A DNA stretch of 29,999 nucleotides. Origin: a virus. Lineage: Duplodnaviria; Caudoviricetes. The first letter of the stretch is position 1. Every line of letters begins with the position of its first letter. This document shows, piece after piece, positions 17,068 through 25,469 of this stretch. The DNA is taken from the IMG/VR virus record IMGVR_UViG_3300016722_000081, positions 1 through 29,999 of that record; one strand, given 5' to 3'. The notes beneath the pieces were generated by a model. The model was not told where the DNA came from. It saw only the letters and a list, made by a program, of their open reading frames with translations, and made no database searches. A program made the translations under genes and the position numbers.

Positions 17068-18423
17068 ATGGACGTGCCGAAGACCGACCTGGGCTTTCTG
17101 CTCACCCTGCCGCCAAAGGACGCCATCAGCTACCTGGAGTCCAAGGGGGCGAAGATCACGTTCAACTGGCACGAGGTGTGGCAGGAGGCCCAGGCCAAGG
17201 CGTTCACCGTGGCGAACGTGGCCCGCCTGGACGTGCTGGAGGATATCCGGGGCGCGGGGCAACGAGCCCTGGCCGAGGGCCGAACGCAGAAGATGTTCGC
17301 CAAAGACCTGGAGCCCGTGCTGCGGGCCAAGGGCTGGTGGGGCAAGCGCACGGAGCTGGGCGCGGACGGCAAGGAACGCCAGGTGCAAATGGGCAGCCCG
17401 GCCAGGCTGAAGCTCATCTATCGCCAGAACATGCAGACCGCGTACATGGCCGGGCGCTACAAGCAAATGCTGGAGAACGCGGACAACCGCCCCTGGTGGC
17501 GCTACGTGGCCGTGCTGGACCAGCGCACGCGCCCGGCGCACCGGCTGCTGAACGGCCGCACTTTCCGCCATGACGACGCCTTTTGGGGCTCGCACTACCC
17601 GCCCAACGGCTGGGGCTGCCGCTGCCGCGTGCAGGCCCTTTCTGACATGGGGCTGGAGCGCGAGGGCGTGACGCCGGAAACGGGCGAGGGCCGCATGGTG
17701 CAGCGCAATGTTGACATGGTGGACCGCCGCACGGGCGAGGCCACCACGCGCCAGGTCACGGGCTACAAGATCGGCCCGGCCCCGGACGCGCCCACTGTTT
17801 GGACCGACCCCGGCTTTAGCTACAACCCCGGCGCGGCGGCCTATGGCCTGGACATGGAGGCCGCCCGGCGGCTCTCCCTGGTGCAGGACACCAGCCTGCG
17901 CGCCCAGGCCGTGCAGGCCTTGAACGGCAACCCGGCCCGGCATCAGGCGTTTGAGAACTTCGCGCGCGAGGTGCTGGACACCAGACGCGGCGGCACGGGG
18001 CAAGCCCAGGTGGTGCATTTCATGCGGGGCGAGGTGGCCCAGGCAGTTGCCGAGGCGGGCGGCGAGCCCGTGCAGGTGGTGACGGCCAGCGCCAAGCGCA
18101 TGCTGCACGCGGACAGCCCGAAGCACGCCCGCATGGGCACGGCCCCGGCGCAAGAGGACCTGCTGCGCCTGCCGCAGCTCATGGACGAGGCCACGTCCAT
18201 CTTGTGGGACGCCGACAACGCCAACCTGGTCTACGTGTGCCCGGCCAAGGATTCCGGCAAGGTGCTCAAGGTCGTGGTGGACGTGCCCATGCGCCCCAAG
18301 GACGCCAAGGGCCTGGCCAAGCTGGGGAGCTTCGACGCTGTGGTGAATGTGATGGAGATTGGCGAGATTGACGCGCGACCGCTGACGCAATCGCAGTTCC
18401 GGCTGCTGTGGACCAAGAAATAA
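17068..18423 (+). CDS. MuF (Mu gp30-like) minor head protein with C-terminal extension, putative BECR-fold nuclease
   Basis: RLKLIYRQNMQTAYMAGRY, RYVAVLDQRTRPAH, PPNGWGCRCRV and DPGFSYNPG mark the MuF domain (~aa 1-255). About 190 extra residues follow; the nuclease call is inference. Confidence 0.88.
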   Translation: MDVPKTDLGFLLTLPPKDAISYLESKGAKITFNWHEVWQEAQAKAFTVANVARLDVLEDIRGAGQRALAEGRTQKMFAKDLEPVLRAKGWWGKRTELGADGKERQVQMGSPARLKLIYRQNMQTAYMAGRYKQMLENADNRPWWRYVAVLDQRTRPAHRLLNGRTFRHDDAFWGSHYPPNGWGCRCRVQALSDMGLEREGVTPETGEGRMVQRNVDMVDRRTGEATTRQVTGYKIGPAPDAPTVWTDPGFSYNPGAAAYGLDMEAARRLSLVQDTSLRAQAVQALNGNPARHQAFENFAREVLDTRRGGTGQAQVVHFMRGEVAQAVAEAGGEPVQVVTASAKRMLHADSPKHARMGTAPAQEDLLRLPQLMDEATSILWDADNANLVYVCPAKDSGKVLKVVVDVPMRPKDAKGLAKLGSFDAVVNVMEIGEIDARPLTQSQFRLLWTKK

Positions 18424-18510
18424 CCCTGGGGGGGCGGAGTCGAACCGCATACCTGCAAGGGGGTTGCCCCCCTCCAGCCCGCTTACCGGCTTCGGGTACG
18501 CCCACAGGGT
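18423..18510 (-). ncRNA. tRNA-like RNA lacking an anticodon loop
   Basis: Minus strand: ACCCUGUGGG-CG-UA-CCCG-AAGCCGGUAAG-CGGG-CUGGAGGGGG-GCAA-CCCCCUUGCAG-GUAU-GCGG-UUCGACU-CCGC-C-CCCCCAGGGU. Terminal stem, D-arm with GG, GNRA-capped arm, canonical T-loop. Confidence 0.72.
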
Positions 18511-18518
18511 CTAGTGAG

Positions 18519-18547
18519 CACATACGAATGATCGACATCGAAGTCAA
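18519..18547 (-). promoter_or_regulatory. Sigma70-like promoter for the tRNA-like RNA
   Basis: Minus strand TTGACT (18547-18542), 17-nt spacer, TATGTG (18524-18519), ending 8 nt before the terminal stem. Confidence 0.55.
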
Positions 18548-19112
18548 GATAGATAGCCTGACCAAGGGCCTTACGCGCCTGGCGGAGCTGGGCCGCAACA
18601 TGACGCCGCTGACGCGCGACCTGGCGGAGATTATGAAGGGCGGCGTTGACCGGGCCTTCAAGGATGAGGTGGACCCGGCGACGGGTGAGAAGTGGCACCC
18701 GCTTTCCCCCGTCACCTTGGCCCGCCGCGCCAAGGCCGGACACACCGGCTCCATTCTCCAGGTCACTGGCCAGCTGGCCGCCAGCATTCAAACCGAGTAC
18801 GGCCCGCACCATGCCCTGGTGGGCACGAACAAGGTGTACGCCCGCACGCACCAGGAGGGCGCGGCCAAAGGCTCCTTTGGCACAGCCAAGCGCGGGGCGC
18901 GTTCTGGCAGCCGCAGCAACACGCGCAACTACACGGCGCGCGGCGGGGCCACGGTGGGCGGCTGGCTCTCCGGCCGCGCCCAGGGAGGCACCATGCCCTT
19001 GCCCTGGGGCGACATCCCGGCCCGCCCCTTCCTGGGCATTGGCAAGCCGGAGGAGGCCGAAATTGAGGAGAGCGTGCGTAGGGCCGTGCGGCGGGCTTTG
19101 GAGAAAGCTTAG
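18528..19112 (+). CDS. Virion morphogenesis protein (Mu gpG / gp31-like)
   Basis: W.PLSP.T, ILQVTGQLAASI, VGTNKVYARTHQEG, IPARPFLGI. Confidence 0.9.
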   Translation: MIDIEVKIDSLTKGLTRLAELGRNMTPLTRDLAEIMKGGVDRAFKDEVDPATGEKWHPLSPVTLARRAKAGHTGSILQVTGQLAASIQTEYGPHHALVGTNKVYARTHQEGAAKGSFGTAKRGARSGSRSNTRNYTARGGATVGGWLSGRAQGGTMPLPWGDIPARPFLGIGKPEEAEIEESVRRAVRRALEKA

Positions 19113-19195
19113 AAGAGAACCACCCACCCGGAGGCGTTGCGTAAGTTCTAACGGGGTGCTAACGCCAATTCTCGGCAGACAAGGAGAAGATAACC

Positions 19196-19492
19196 ATGGA
19201 CGAAAAGACCACGAGGACACTAGCCCGTTTTCTCCAGGTAAACGACAAACGAGAATTCACGTATTTTCACAAGGGACAGCTCGTCGTTTGCAGCGCCGGT
19301 GATGGAACCGCCACTGTGAATGTTACCCCATCCCCCATGAGGGGAAAATCTTCCTGCACATGGGACTGTTCCTCACCCCAGGAACTCCTTGATGCGTTGC
19401 ATGGAGGAATGGCGGAGCTGTGCGATGAAGATGACGTGGATGACACGGTAGAAGCCTTCGTCGATCTGTTGAGCCGGAAGCCCAGGGATTAG
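19196..19492 (+). CDS. Hypothetical moron-like protein (98 aa)
   Basis: SD AAGGAG; more AT-rich; lies between G and I. Confidence 0.7.
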   Translation: MDEKTTRTLARFLQVNDKREFTYFHKGQLVVCSAGDGTATVNVTPSPMRGKSSCTWDCSSPQELLDALHGGMAELCDEDDVDDTVEAFVDLLSRKPRD

Positions 19493-19555
19493 CCACCGCC
19501 TACTGAACCCTTTCCTCCTGTCTCGCACCCGCCTGCCACCGTAAAACCGGTGGCA
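19490..19555 (+). promoter_or_regulatory. Candidate activator-dependent late promoter (PI-like)
   Basis: Second copy of the 10654 element; -10-like TAAAAC (19542-19547) inside inverted repeat TGCCACCG/CGGTGGCA. Confidence 0.7.
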
Positions 19556-20748
19556 TGAAGCGCAAGCACTCCGACCCCACACAGAACGTCGCCTCCCTGA
19601 CCATGCCCCTTTCGGGGGGCGTGGCTTTGGCTGTTGGCGTTTCGGCAGAGGACATGCCGCCGGGCATGAACGCCCAGCTCTTCCCCGACGGCAGCTTTGC
19701 CGCGCGTGACGGCCGCCCGGCCAGCATCACCGAGGGCGCGCTCACCGCCTGGCGCATGGATGCGGACATTGCCGCCGCCGTGACCGCCAAGGTGGAGGCG
19801 CGCGCGTCCCAGCTGCCCGTGGACTATGAGCACCAGCTGCTGCTGGCCAAGAAAAACGGCCAGCCCGCGCCCTCCTCCGGGTGGATAACCGCCGTCAGCT
19901 ACGTGCCCGGCCGGGGCCTCTTCGCCGCCGTGAGCTGGACCGCCCGCGCCCGCGAGCACATCTCGTCCGACGAATACCGCTACATTTCCCCCGTCTTCCG
20001 CTTCGACATAGCCACCGGCGCGGTGCTCGAAATCTTGAGCGTCGCGCTCACCAACAACCCGGCCCTGGACGGCATGGACGCCGTGGCCCTGGCCGCGCTG
20101 TTCCCTTCAACCACGGCCGCAACCGCAACGCCCACCCAAACCAAGGAGACAGACATGGACGAACTTTTGGAACGTCTGCGCTGGATGCTCAACCTGCCCA
20201 TTACCGCCGGGCCGGAAGAGATCAAGGCAGAACTGGACAAGCTCAAGACCATGCTCACGGAAGGCGACGCCGCAGCCGCAAGCGTGGACCTGCTGGCCCT
20301 GCTCAAAGGCAAGGACGAGAACATTGCCAGCCTGACCAGCCAGGTGGCGACCCCGGACCCGGCCAAGTTTGCGCCGGTGGGCGCGCTGGCTAGCTTGCAG
20401 CAGGCCAACACCGAGCTGAAGGCCCAGGTGGCCGCGCTTGCCACCGCCGGGCAGGTGTCCAAGGTGGACGCGCTTGTGCAGGCCGCCCTGGCCGACGGCC
20501 GCCTGACCGCCAGCCTGGAGCCTTGGGCGCGCAGCCTGGGGGCCAAGGACGAGGCCGCGCTGACCGCCTTCCTCGACTCGGCCGCGCCTGTGGCCGCGCT
20601 CACCACCATGCAGACCACGGGCCTGCCCGGCGGCCAGCCCCCGGCGGGCGGCTCCAGCACGGCCGCGCTTTCGATCGAGGAAGCCTACGCCGCCGACATG
20701 TGCGGCATGACGCCTGAAGAGTTCAAGAAAGCCAAGGAGGCCAAGTAA
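19555..20748 (+). CDS. Prohead protease (Mu gpI-like)
   Basis: LPVDYEHQ, EYRYISPVF, VALTNNPALDGM. Confidence 0.92.
   Translation: MKRKHSDPTQNVASLTMPLSGGVALAVGVSAEDMPPGMNAQLFPDGSFAARDGRPASITEGALTAWRMDADIAAAVTAKVEARASQLPVDYEHQLLLAKKNGQPAPSSGWITAVSYVPGRGLFAAVSWTARAREHISSDEYRYISPVFRFDIATGAVLEILSVALTNNPALDGMDAVALAALFPSTTAATATPTQTKETDMDELLERLRWMLNLPITAGPEEIKAELDKLKTMLTEGDAAAASVDLLALLKGKDENIASLTSQVATPDPAKFAPVGALASLQQANTELKAQVAALATAGQVSKVDALVQAALADGRLTASLEPWARSLGAKDEAALTAFLDSAAPVAALTTMQTTGLPGGQPPAGGSSTAALSIEEAYAADMCGMTPEEFKKAKEAK
20155..20748 (+). CDS. Internal in-frame scaffold protein (Mu gpZ-like)
   Basis: AAGGAG (20143-20148) before in-frame ATG 20155, after a Thr/Ala/Pro linker; helical product. 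Confidence 0.7.
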   Translation: MDELLERLRWMLNLPITAGPEEIKAELDKLKTMLTEGDAAAASVDLLALLKGKDENIASLTSQVATPDPAKFAPVGALASLQQANTELKAQVAALATAGQVSKVDALVQAALADGRLTASLEPWARSLGAKDEAALTAFLDSAAPVAALTTMQTTGLPGGQPPAGGSSTAALSIEEAYAADMCGMTPEEFKKAKEAK

Positions 20749-20749
20749 T

Positions 20750-21655
20750 ATGGCAATCGTCACCCCCGCGCTCATCGCGGCGCTGTTCACCGCCTACAAG
20801 GCCGAATACCAGCGCGTGTTCGGCGAGACCCCGTCCAGCTGGGCCGACGTGGCCACGCTGGTTCCGTCCAGCAGCAAGAGCAACACCTACGGCTGGCTGG
20901 GCAAGTTCCCCAGGCTCGTTGAATGGGTCGGCCCTCGCGTCGTGAAGGCCATGGCCGCCCACGGCTACTCCATCACCAACAAGAAATATGAAAGTACGGT
21001 CGAGGTGGACCGCACCGACATCGAGGACGATGAGGTGGGCGTGTACAAGCCGCTGTTCGGCGAAATGGGCATGGCCGCCAAGACGCACCCGGATGAGCTG
21101 GTGTTCGCCCTCTTGAAGGCCGGGCTCTCCTCGCTCTGCTTTGATGGCCAGTTCTTCTTCGACACCGACCACCCGGTCTTCCCCAACGTCGACGGCACCG
21201 GCGTGGCCGAAACCGTGTCCAACTACCAGGACGGCACCAGTGCGCCGTGGTTCCTGCTGGACTGCTCCCGCGTGCTCAAGCCCTTCATCTTTCAGGAGCG
21301 CACCAAGCCCGAGCTGACCAGCATGACCGACGCCAAGGACGAGCAGGTGTTCAACATGGACACCTACCGTTTCGGCGTGCGCTACCGCTGCAACGTGGGC
21401 TTCGGCTTCTGGCAGCTGGCGTACATGAGCAAGGCCGAGCTGACCCCCGCCAACTTCAACGCCGCCTATGCCGCCATGTGCAGCTTCAAGGGCGACGGCG
21501 GCCGTCCGCTGGGCGTCAAGCCGACGCTGCTGGTGGGCGCGCCCTCCTTACGCGAAAAGATTCTGGAGATCACCAAGAGCACCCGCCTGGCCAACGGCCA
21601 GGACAACATCAACCAGGGCGTGGTTGACCCCCTGGTGACGCCTTGGCTGGCGTAG
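20750..21655 (+). CDS. Major capsid protein (Mu gpT-like)
   Basis: YGWLGKFP.L.EWVG.R, V.RTDIEDD, CFDGQFFFDTDHPV, GFGFWQLAY. Confidence 0.95.
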   Translation: MAIVTPALIAALFTAYKAEYQRVFGETPSSWADVATLVPSSSKSNTYGWLGKFPRLVEWVGPRVVKAMAAHGYSITNKKYESTVEVDRTDIEDDEVGVYKPLFGEMGMAAKTHPDELVFALLKAGLSSLCFDGQFFFDTDHPVFPNVDGTGVAETVSNYQDGTSAPWFLLDCSRVLKPFIFQERTKPELTSMTDAKDEQVFNMDTYRFGVRYRCNVGFGFWQLAYMSKAELTPANFNAAYAAMCSFKGDGGRPLGVKPTLLVGAPSLREKILEITKSTRLANGQDNINQGVVDPLVTPWLA

Positions 21656-21667
21656 GGAGGTCCGCGC

Positions 21668-22024
21668 ATGGCCCGCACCATCCGCATCAATGCCCAGCCC
21701 AACGCCATCGGCGGCCGCTTCTGCCGTGCTGGCCTGTGCTTCGGCACCGTGCCCACGAACCTGACCGAGGACGAGCTCACCCCCGAGCAGCTGGCGGCGC
21801 TTCAGGCCGAGCCCATGCTCGTGGTGGAAATCACCGAGGAGGTGAAGCCCACCGCGCCCCAGGCCAAGGCCGAAGCCAAAGCCAAGGAAGAGGCCAAGGC
21901 CGCGCCCCAGGAAGAAGAGGCCCCGGCCGCTGCCGATGCTTCGGGCACGTCTGCGGACGCGCCCAAGCCCGAAGCCGAGACCAAGGCCCCGGCCAAGTCC
22001 GCCGCTAAGGAGGGCGGCAAGTAA
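21668..22024 (+). CDS. Mu gp35-like / HI1506-related protein
   Basis: FCRAG..F...LTPEQLAALQAEPMLVVE plus Ala/Glu/Lys tail; follows the capsid gene. Confidence 0.75.
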   Translation: MARTIRINAQPNAIGGRFCRAGLCFGTVPTNLTEDELTPEQLAALQAEPMLVVEITEEVKPTAPQAKAEAKAKEEAKAAPQEEEAPAAADASGTSADAPKPEAETKAPAKSAAKEGGK

Positions 22025-22476
22025 TGGCTTACGCCACCGTTCCTGACCTCATCGCGGCTTACGGCATGCAGGAGGTAATAGCCCTGACCGACCGCGAGGA
22101 GCGCACGGATGCCGACAACCTCGGCACGGTGGACAGCACCGTCGCGCTGGGGGCTCTGGAAAGGGCCTCCAGCGAGGCGGACACCTATCTTGCGGCCCGC
22201 TACCCCCTGCCGCTGGCAAGCGTGCCCCAGGCCCTTGCGGCCGTGGTGTGCGACATCGCCCGCTACCGGCTCTCCGGCGGCGAGACCACGGAGACCACGC
22301 CCATAGCCGACCGCTACAAGGCGGCCGTCACCTGGCTGAAGGACGTTGCCGCTGGCCGGGCCGTGCTGCCGGGCGTGGCCACCGTTTCCGCCGGGGGCGA
22401 GGGCGGTGTGGAGTTCAACACCGGCCGCCGGGCTTTCGCGCGCACAACCGCCCCCACGACCGAGGGGGCCGCGTAA
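22024..22476 (+). CDS. Head-tail adaptor (Mu gp36 / DUF1320)
   Basis: MAYAT..DL, YLAARYPLPL, CDIARYRL, RYKAAV.WL..VA.G. Confidence 0.9.
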   Translation: MAYATVPDLIAAYGMQEVIALTDREERTDADNLGTVDSTVALGALERASSEADTYLAARYPLPLASVPQALAAVVCDIARYRLSGGETTETTPIADRYKAAVTWLKDVAAGRAVLPGVATVSAGGEGGVEFNTGRRAFARTTAPTTEGAA

Positions 22477-23087
22477 TGCTGGCCGTCATCGAAGACGCCA
22501 TCCTGGCGCGTATCGCCGGGGCCAAGCTGCCCTATCTGCGCACCCTGGCCACCTACGGCGGCGAGCTGGACGAGGAGCTGGGCGAGGCGGTGCGGCGTTT
22601 CCCCGCCGTGTGGACGGCCTTCAAGTCCGAGGGCGAGGGCGTGCCGCTGAACACCGCCAAGAGCGTGTACCGCATCCCGGCCACGTGGGTGGTGTTTGTG
22701 GCCGCGCGCAACCTGCGCAACGAGGCCGCCACCAGGCGCGGCGACAAGGTGCAGGTGGGCACCTACCAGATGCTGAAGGACGTGCGGGCGCTTTTGGTCG
22801 GGCAGGACTTCGGTTTGGAGATCGACAACCTTCGGCCCGGGAGGACGCAAAGCCTCACCAATGCCCGCTTTAAGGGCCTTGGCGTGAGTGTCTACGCCCA
22901 GGAGTTTCACACGAAATACGACTACCGCGTGACCGAGCGCGGCACGGGCGCGCCCCTGGACGCAAGCGGCCAGCCTGTCACGCCGCTGCCGGAACTCTCG
23001 GCCGTTGGCTTCAAATACTATCTGAAACCGGGTGACGACGTGCCCGACGCCGTGGACCTCATCACCCTGCAACAGGGCCGCCCGTAG
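22476..23087 (+). CDS. Mu gp37-like protein (DUF1834)
   Basis: TAATG coupling; IEDAILARI, TYGGELD, PAVWTAF. Confidence 0.82.
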   Translation: MLAVIEDAILARIAGAKLPYLRTLATYGGELDEELGEAVRRFPAVWTAFKSEGEGVPLNTAKSVYRIPATWVVFVAARNLRNEAATRRGDKVQVGTYQMLKDVRALLVGQDFGLEIDNLRPGRTQSLTNARFKGLGVSVYAQEFHTKYDYRVTERGTGAPLDASGQPVTPLPELSAVGFKYYLKPGDDVPDAVDLITLQQGRP

Positions 23088-23109
23088 GCCCGCGCATAAG
23101 GAGACAAGC

Positions 23110-23316
23110 ATGTTCGTCAAAGCAGCCCCCGGCCTCAAAGTGCCCAAGGAAACCAAGCCCCGCGAGTACATCACCGACACCAAGGCCGTGGATGTGCCGG
23201 AGAGCGTTTACTACCGGCGTTGCCTGGCCCAGGGCGACCTGGTGCCAGCGCCCCAGGAAACGGCCAACGAACAGCCCGTGAAAAAGGCCGGCACGAAGCC
23301 GACCGCAGAGGAGTAG
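23110..23316 (+). CDS. Mu gp38-like protein (DUF2635)
   Basis: MFVKAAPGLKVP, YYRRCLAQGDLV; SD AAGGAG. Confidence 0.82.
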   Translation: MFVKAAPGLKVPKETKPREYITDTKAVDVPESVYYRRCLAQGDLVPAPQETANEQPVKKAGTKPTAEE

Positions 23317-23319
23317 CCC

Positions 23320-24744
23320 ATGGCCAGCGCAAATATTCAGTTTGACGAAATCCGCGCGTCCATCAGGAAGCCGGGGAAATACTTTGAGTTCAACACCAAG
23401 CTGGCCGTGCGCACTCTGCCGACCAATGACCAGCGCGTGCTACTCATTGGCCAGCGTTTGGCCAGCGGCTCCGTGGCGGAGCTGACGGCCACGCAGGTCT
23501 TCAGCGACGCGGAGGCCGCCGCCTACTTTGGCGAGGGCTCCATGCTGCACCGCATGGCGCGGGCGGCCATGAAGGCTTACCCGTACATCGACATCACCTG
23601 CATCGCTCTGGACGATGCCGCCGCAGGCATTGCCGCCTCGGCGACCGCCACTCTTACCGGCCCGGCCTCGGGCTCGGGCGTGGTCACGCTGCGCATCGGT
23701 ACGGAGCTGGTGCAGGTGGCCGTGGCCAGCGGCGACACCGCCACCGAGATCGCGGCGGCGCTGAAGGCCCAGGCCGACCAGCAGACCGACCTGCCCGTAG
23801 CCCTTGCGGCGGCGGCGGGTGTGCTCACCATCACCGCCCGACACAAGGGCATACAGGGCAACAGCATCAAACTGGCCGCCAGCAGCACCGCCGCAGGCGT
23901 TACCGCCGTGGCCACGGCTATGACGGGCGGCCTGGTGGACCCGTCTATCGCCAACCTGTTGGCCCTGGTGGCCGACGCCGGGCACAACCTGCTCATCACC
24001 CCGTACACAGACCAGGTGAACATGGTGGCCCTGCGCGATCACCTGGACTTCGTGGGGGGCGCGCTTGAACAGCGCGGGGCCTGCGGCGTGTACGCCCTGG
24101 TGGGCACCCTGGCCCAGGCCACCACCCTGGCTGGGAGTGTGAACAGCGGACGCATCACCTGCGCGGCCATCAACGGCGTGTATCGCCTGCCCTGGGAAGT
24201 GGCTGCGGGCGTGGGGGGCGTGGTGGCCAGCGAGGAAGATCCGGCCCGGCCCCTGAACGGTCTGCCGATCAAGGGCATGGACGTGCCGGACATCGGCTTC
24301 CGCTGGACGCGCACCGAGCAGGAGGTGCTGCTCAAAAACGGCGTCATGCCCCTGGAGGTCGGCGCGGACGGCACCAGCGTGCAGATCGTCCGGGCCATCA
24401 GCACCTATACCAAGGACGGCCAGGGCATTCAGGACGTGAGCCTGCTGGACCTGACCACCATCCGCACCCTGGACTACACGCGCAAGGCGGTGCGCACGCG
24501 CCTGGCCCTGCGCTTCCCGCGCGAGAAGCTCACCGCCCGCACCGAAGCCGCCGTGCGCGGCGAAGTGCTGGACGTGCTGTTCAAGTTGGAGGTCCTGGAG
24601 ATCATCGAAAACGTGGAGGCGAACAAGGACAAGCTCATCATCGAGCGCGACCTTCAGGACGCCAACCGCCTGAACATCCGCATCCCCGTGGACGTGGTCA
24701 ACGGCCTGCACGTTATTGCGGGCGTCATCGACCTGTATCTCTAA
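23320..24744 (+). CDS. Tail sheath protein (Mu gpL-like)
   Basis: IRKPGKYFEFN, FGEGSMLHRM, DPARPL, DVVNGLHVIA. Confidence 0.95.
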   Translation: MASANIQFDEIRASIRKPGKYFEFNTKLAVRTLPTNDQRVLLIGQRLASGSVAELTATQVFSDAEAAAYFGEGSMLHRMARAAMKAYPYIDITCIALDDAAAGIAASATATLTGPASGSGVVTLRIGTELVQVAVASGDTATEIAAALKAQADQQTDLPVALAAAAGVLTITARHKGIQGNSIKLAASSTAAGVTAVATAMTGGLVDPSIANLLALVADAGHNLLITPYTDQVNMVALRDHLDFVGGALEQRGACGVYALVGTLAQATTLAGSVNSGRITCAAINGVYRLPWEVAAGVGGVVASEEDPARPLNGLPIKGMDVPDIGFRWTRTEQEVLLKNGVMPLEVGADGTSVQIVRAISTYTKDGQGIQDVSLLDLTTIRTLDYTRKAVRTRLALRFPREKLTARTEAAVRGEVLDVLFKLEVLEIIENVEANKDKLIIERDLQDANRLNIRIPVDVVNGLHVIAGVIDLYL

Positions 24745-24775
24745 CGCTGACCTGTAACGAGAAAGGAGGCGCGGC

Positions 24776-25150
24776 ATGGCGCTGAATGAATACCTGGGAG
24801 CCATCATCCTGGAGATCGACGGCAAGGAATACGAGATCGAAACCTGCAAACCGGACCACAACAGCGGACGGGTCATGGTCAAAACCATGAACCGCACCGG
24901 CAAGCCCAGCGGCTTTGCCGAGGGCGTACACGAATGGACGCTGCAAATCACCGCGCCCATTCCCGTCAACGACCCCTTGGATTGGGACACGATCAAGGGC
25001 GCGAAGCTGACCATCTTCCCGGTGACGCAGAACGGCAAGCGCGTCACCTACCAGGACTGCGTGAGCCTGAAGGACTCGGAAGATTACGGAACCCAAGGCG
25101 AAGCCAAGGTCAGCGTGACCCTGGCAGCCGCGAACAAAATCAAGGAGTAG
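24776..25150 (+). CDS. Tail tube protein
   Basis: 124 aa, beta-rich, follows the sheath; SD AAAGGAGG. Confidence 0.8.
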   Translation: MALNEYLGAIILEIDGKEYEIETCKPDHNSGRVMVKTMNRTGKPSGFAEGVHEWTLQITAPIPVNDPLDWDTIKGAKLTIFPVTQNGKRVTYQDCVSLKDSEDYGTQGEAKVSVTLAAANKIKE

Positions 25151-25154
25151 GCAC

Positions 25155-25469
25155 ATGCTGACGCAAAAAGGGACCCTGCTTTACGGGGTGGAAAAGGACG
25201 GGGTTTTGCACAAGGACTTTGAGCTGCGCCTGCCCACCCTGGAGGACCAGGAGGACGCGCTCGAAGCGGCCGGAGAAGGAGCCTGCAACGCCCGCGTGCG
25301 GCGTCATCTGTGGGCGCGCACCCTGCTGAAGCTGGGCACCATCGACGCCAAGGAGATCACGCCCGCGCTGCTGGCCACGCTGCCCGCCGACGAATACGGC
25401 CAGCTCGCCGCGACCGAGGCGGCGCTGCTGGGAAAGCTGACGGCCGCGAGCGCACCTGCCGCGAGCTAA
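25155..25469 (+). CDS. Tail assembly chaperone (G-type)
   Basis: Lies between tube and tape measure; slippery GGGAAAG near its 3' end. Confidence 0.8.
   Translation: MLTQKGTLLYGVEKDGVLHKDFELRLPTLEDQEDALEAAGEGACNARVRRHLWARTLLKLGTIDAKEITPALLATLPADEYGQLAATEAALLGKLTAASAPAAS

Noticed and set aside
18423-18510. A canonical tRNA gene or an attachment-site tRNA fragment
   Set aside because: No 7-nt anticodon loop, non-standard acceptor geometry, and Mu-like phages integrate by transposition; the element is internal to the head module.
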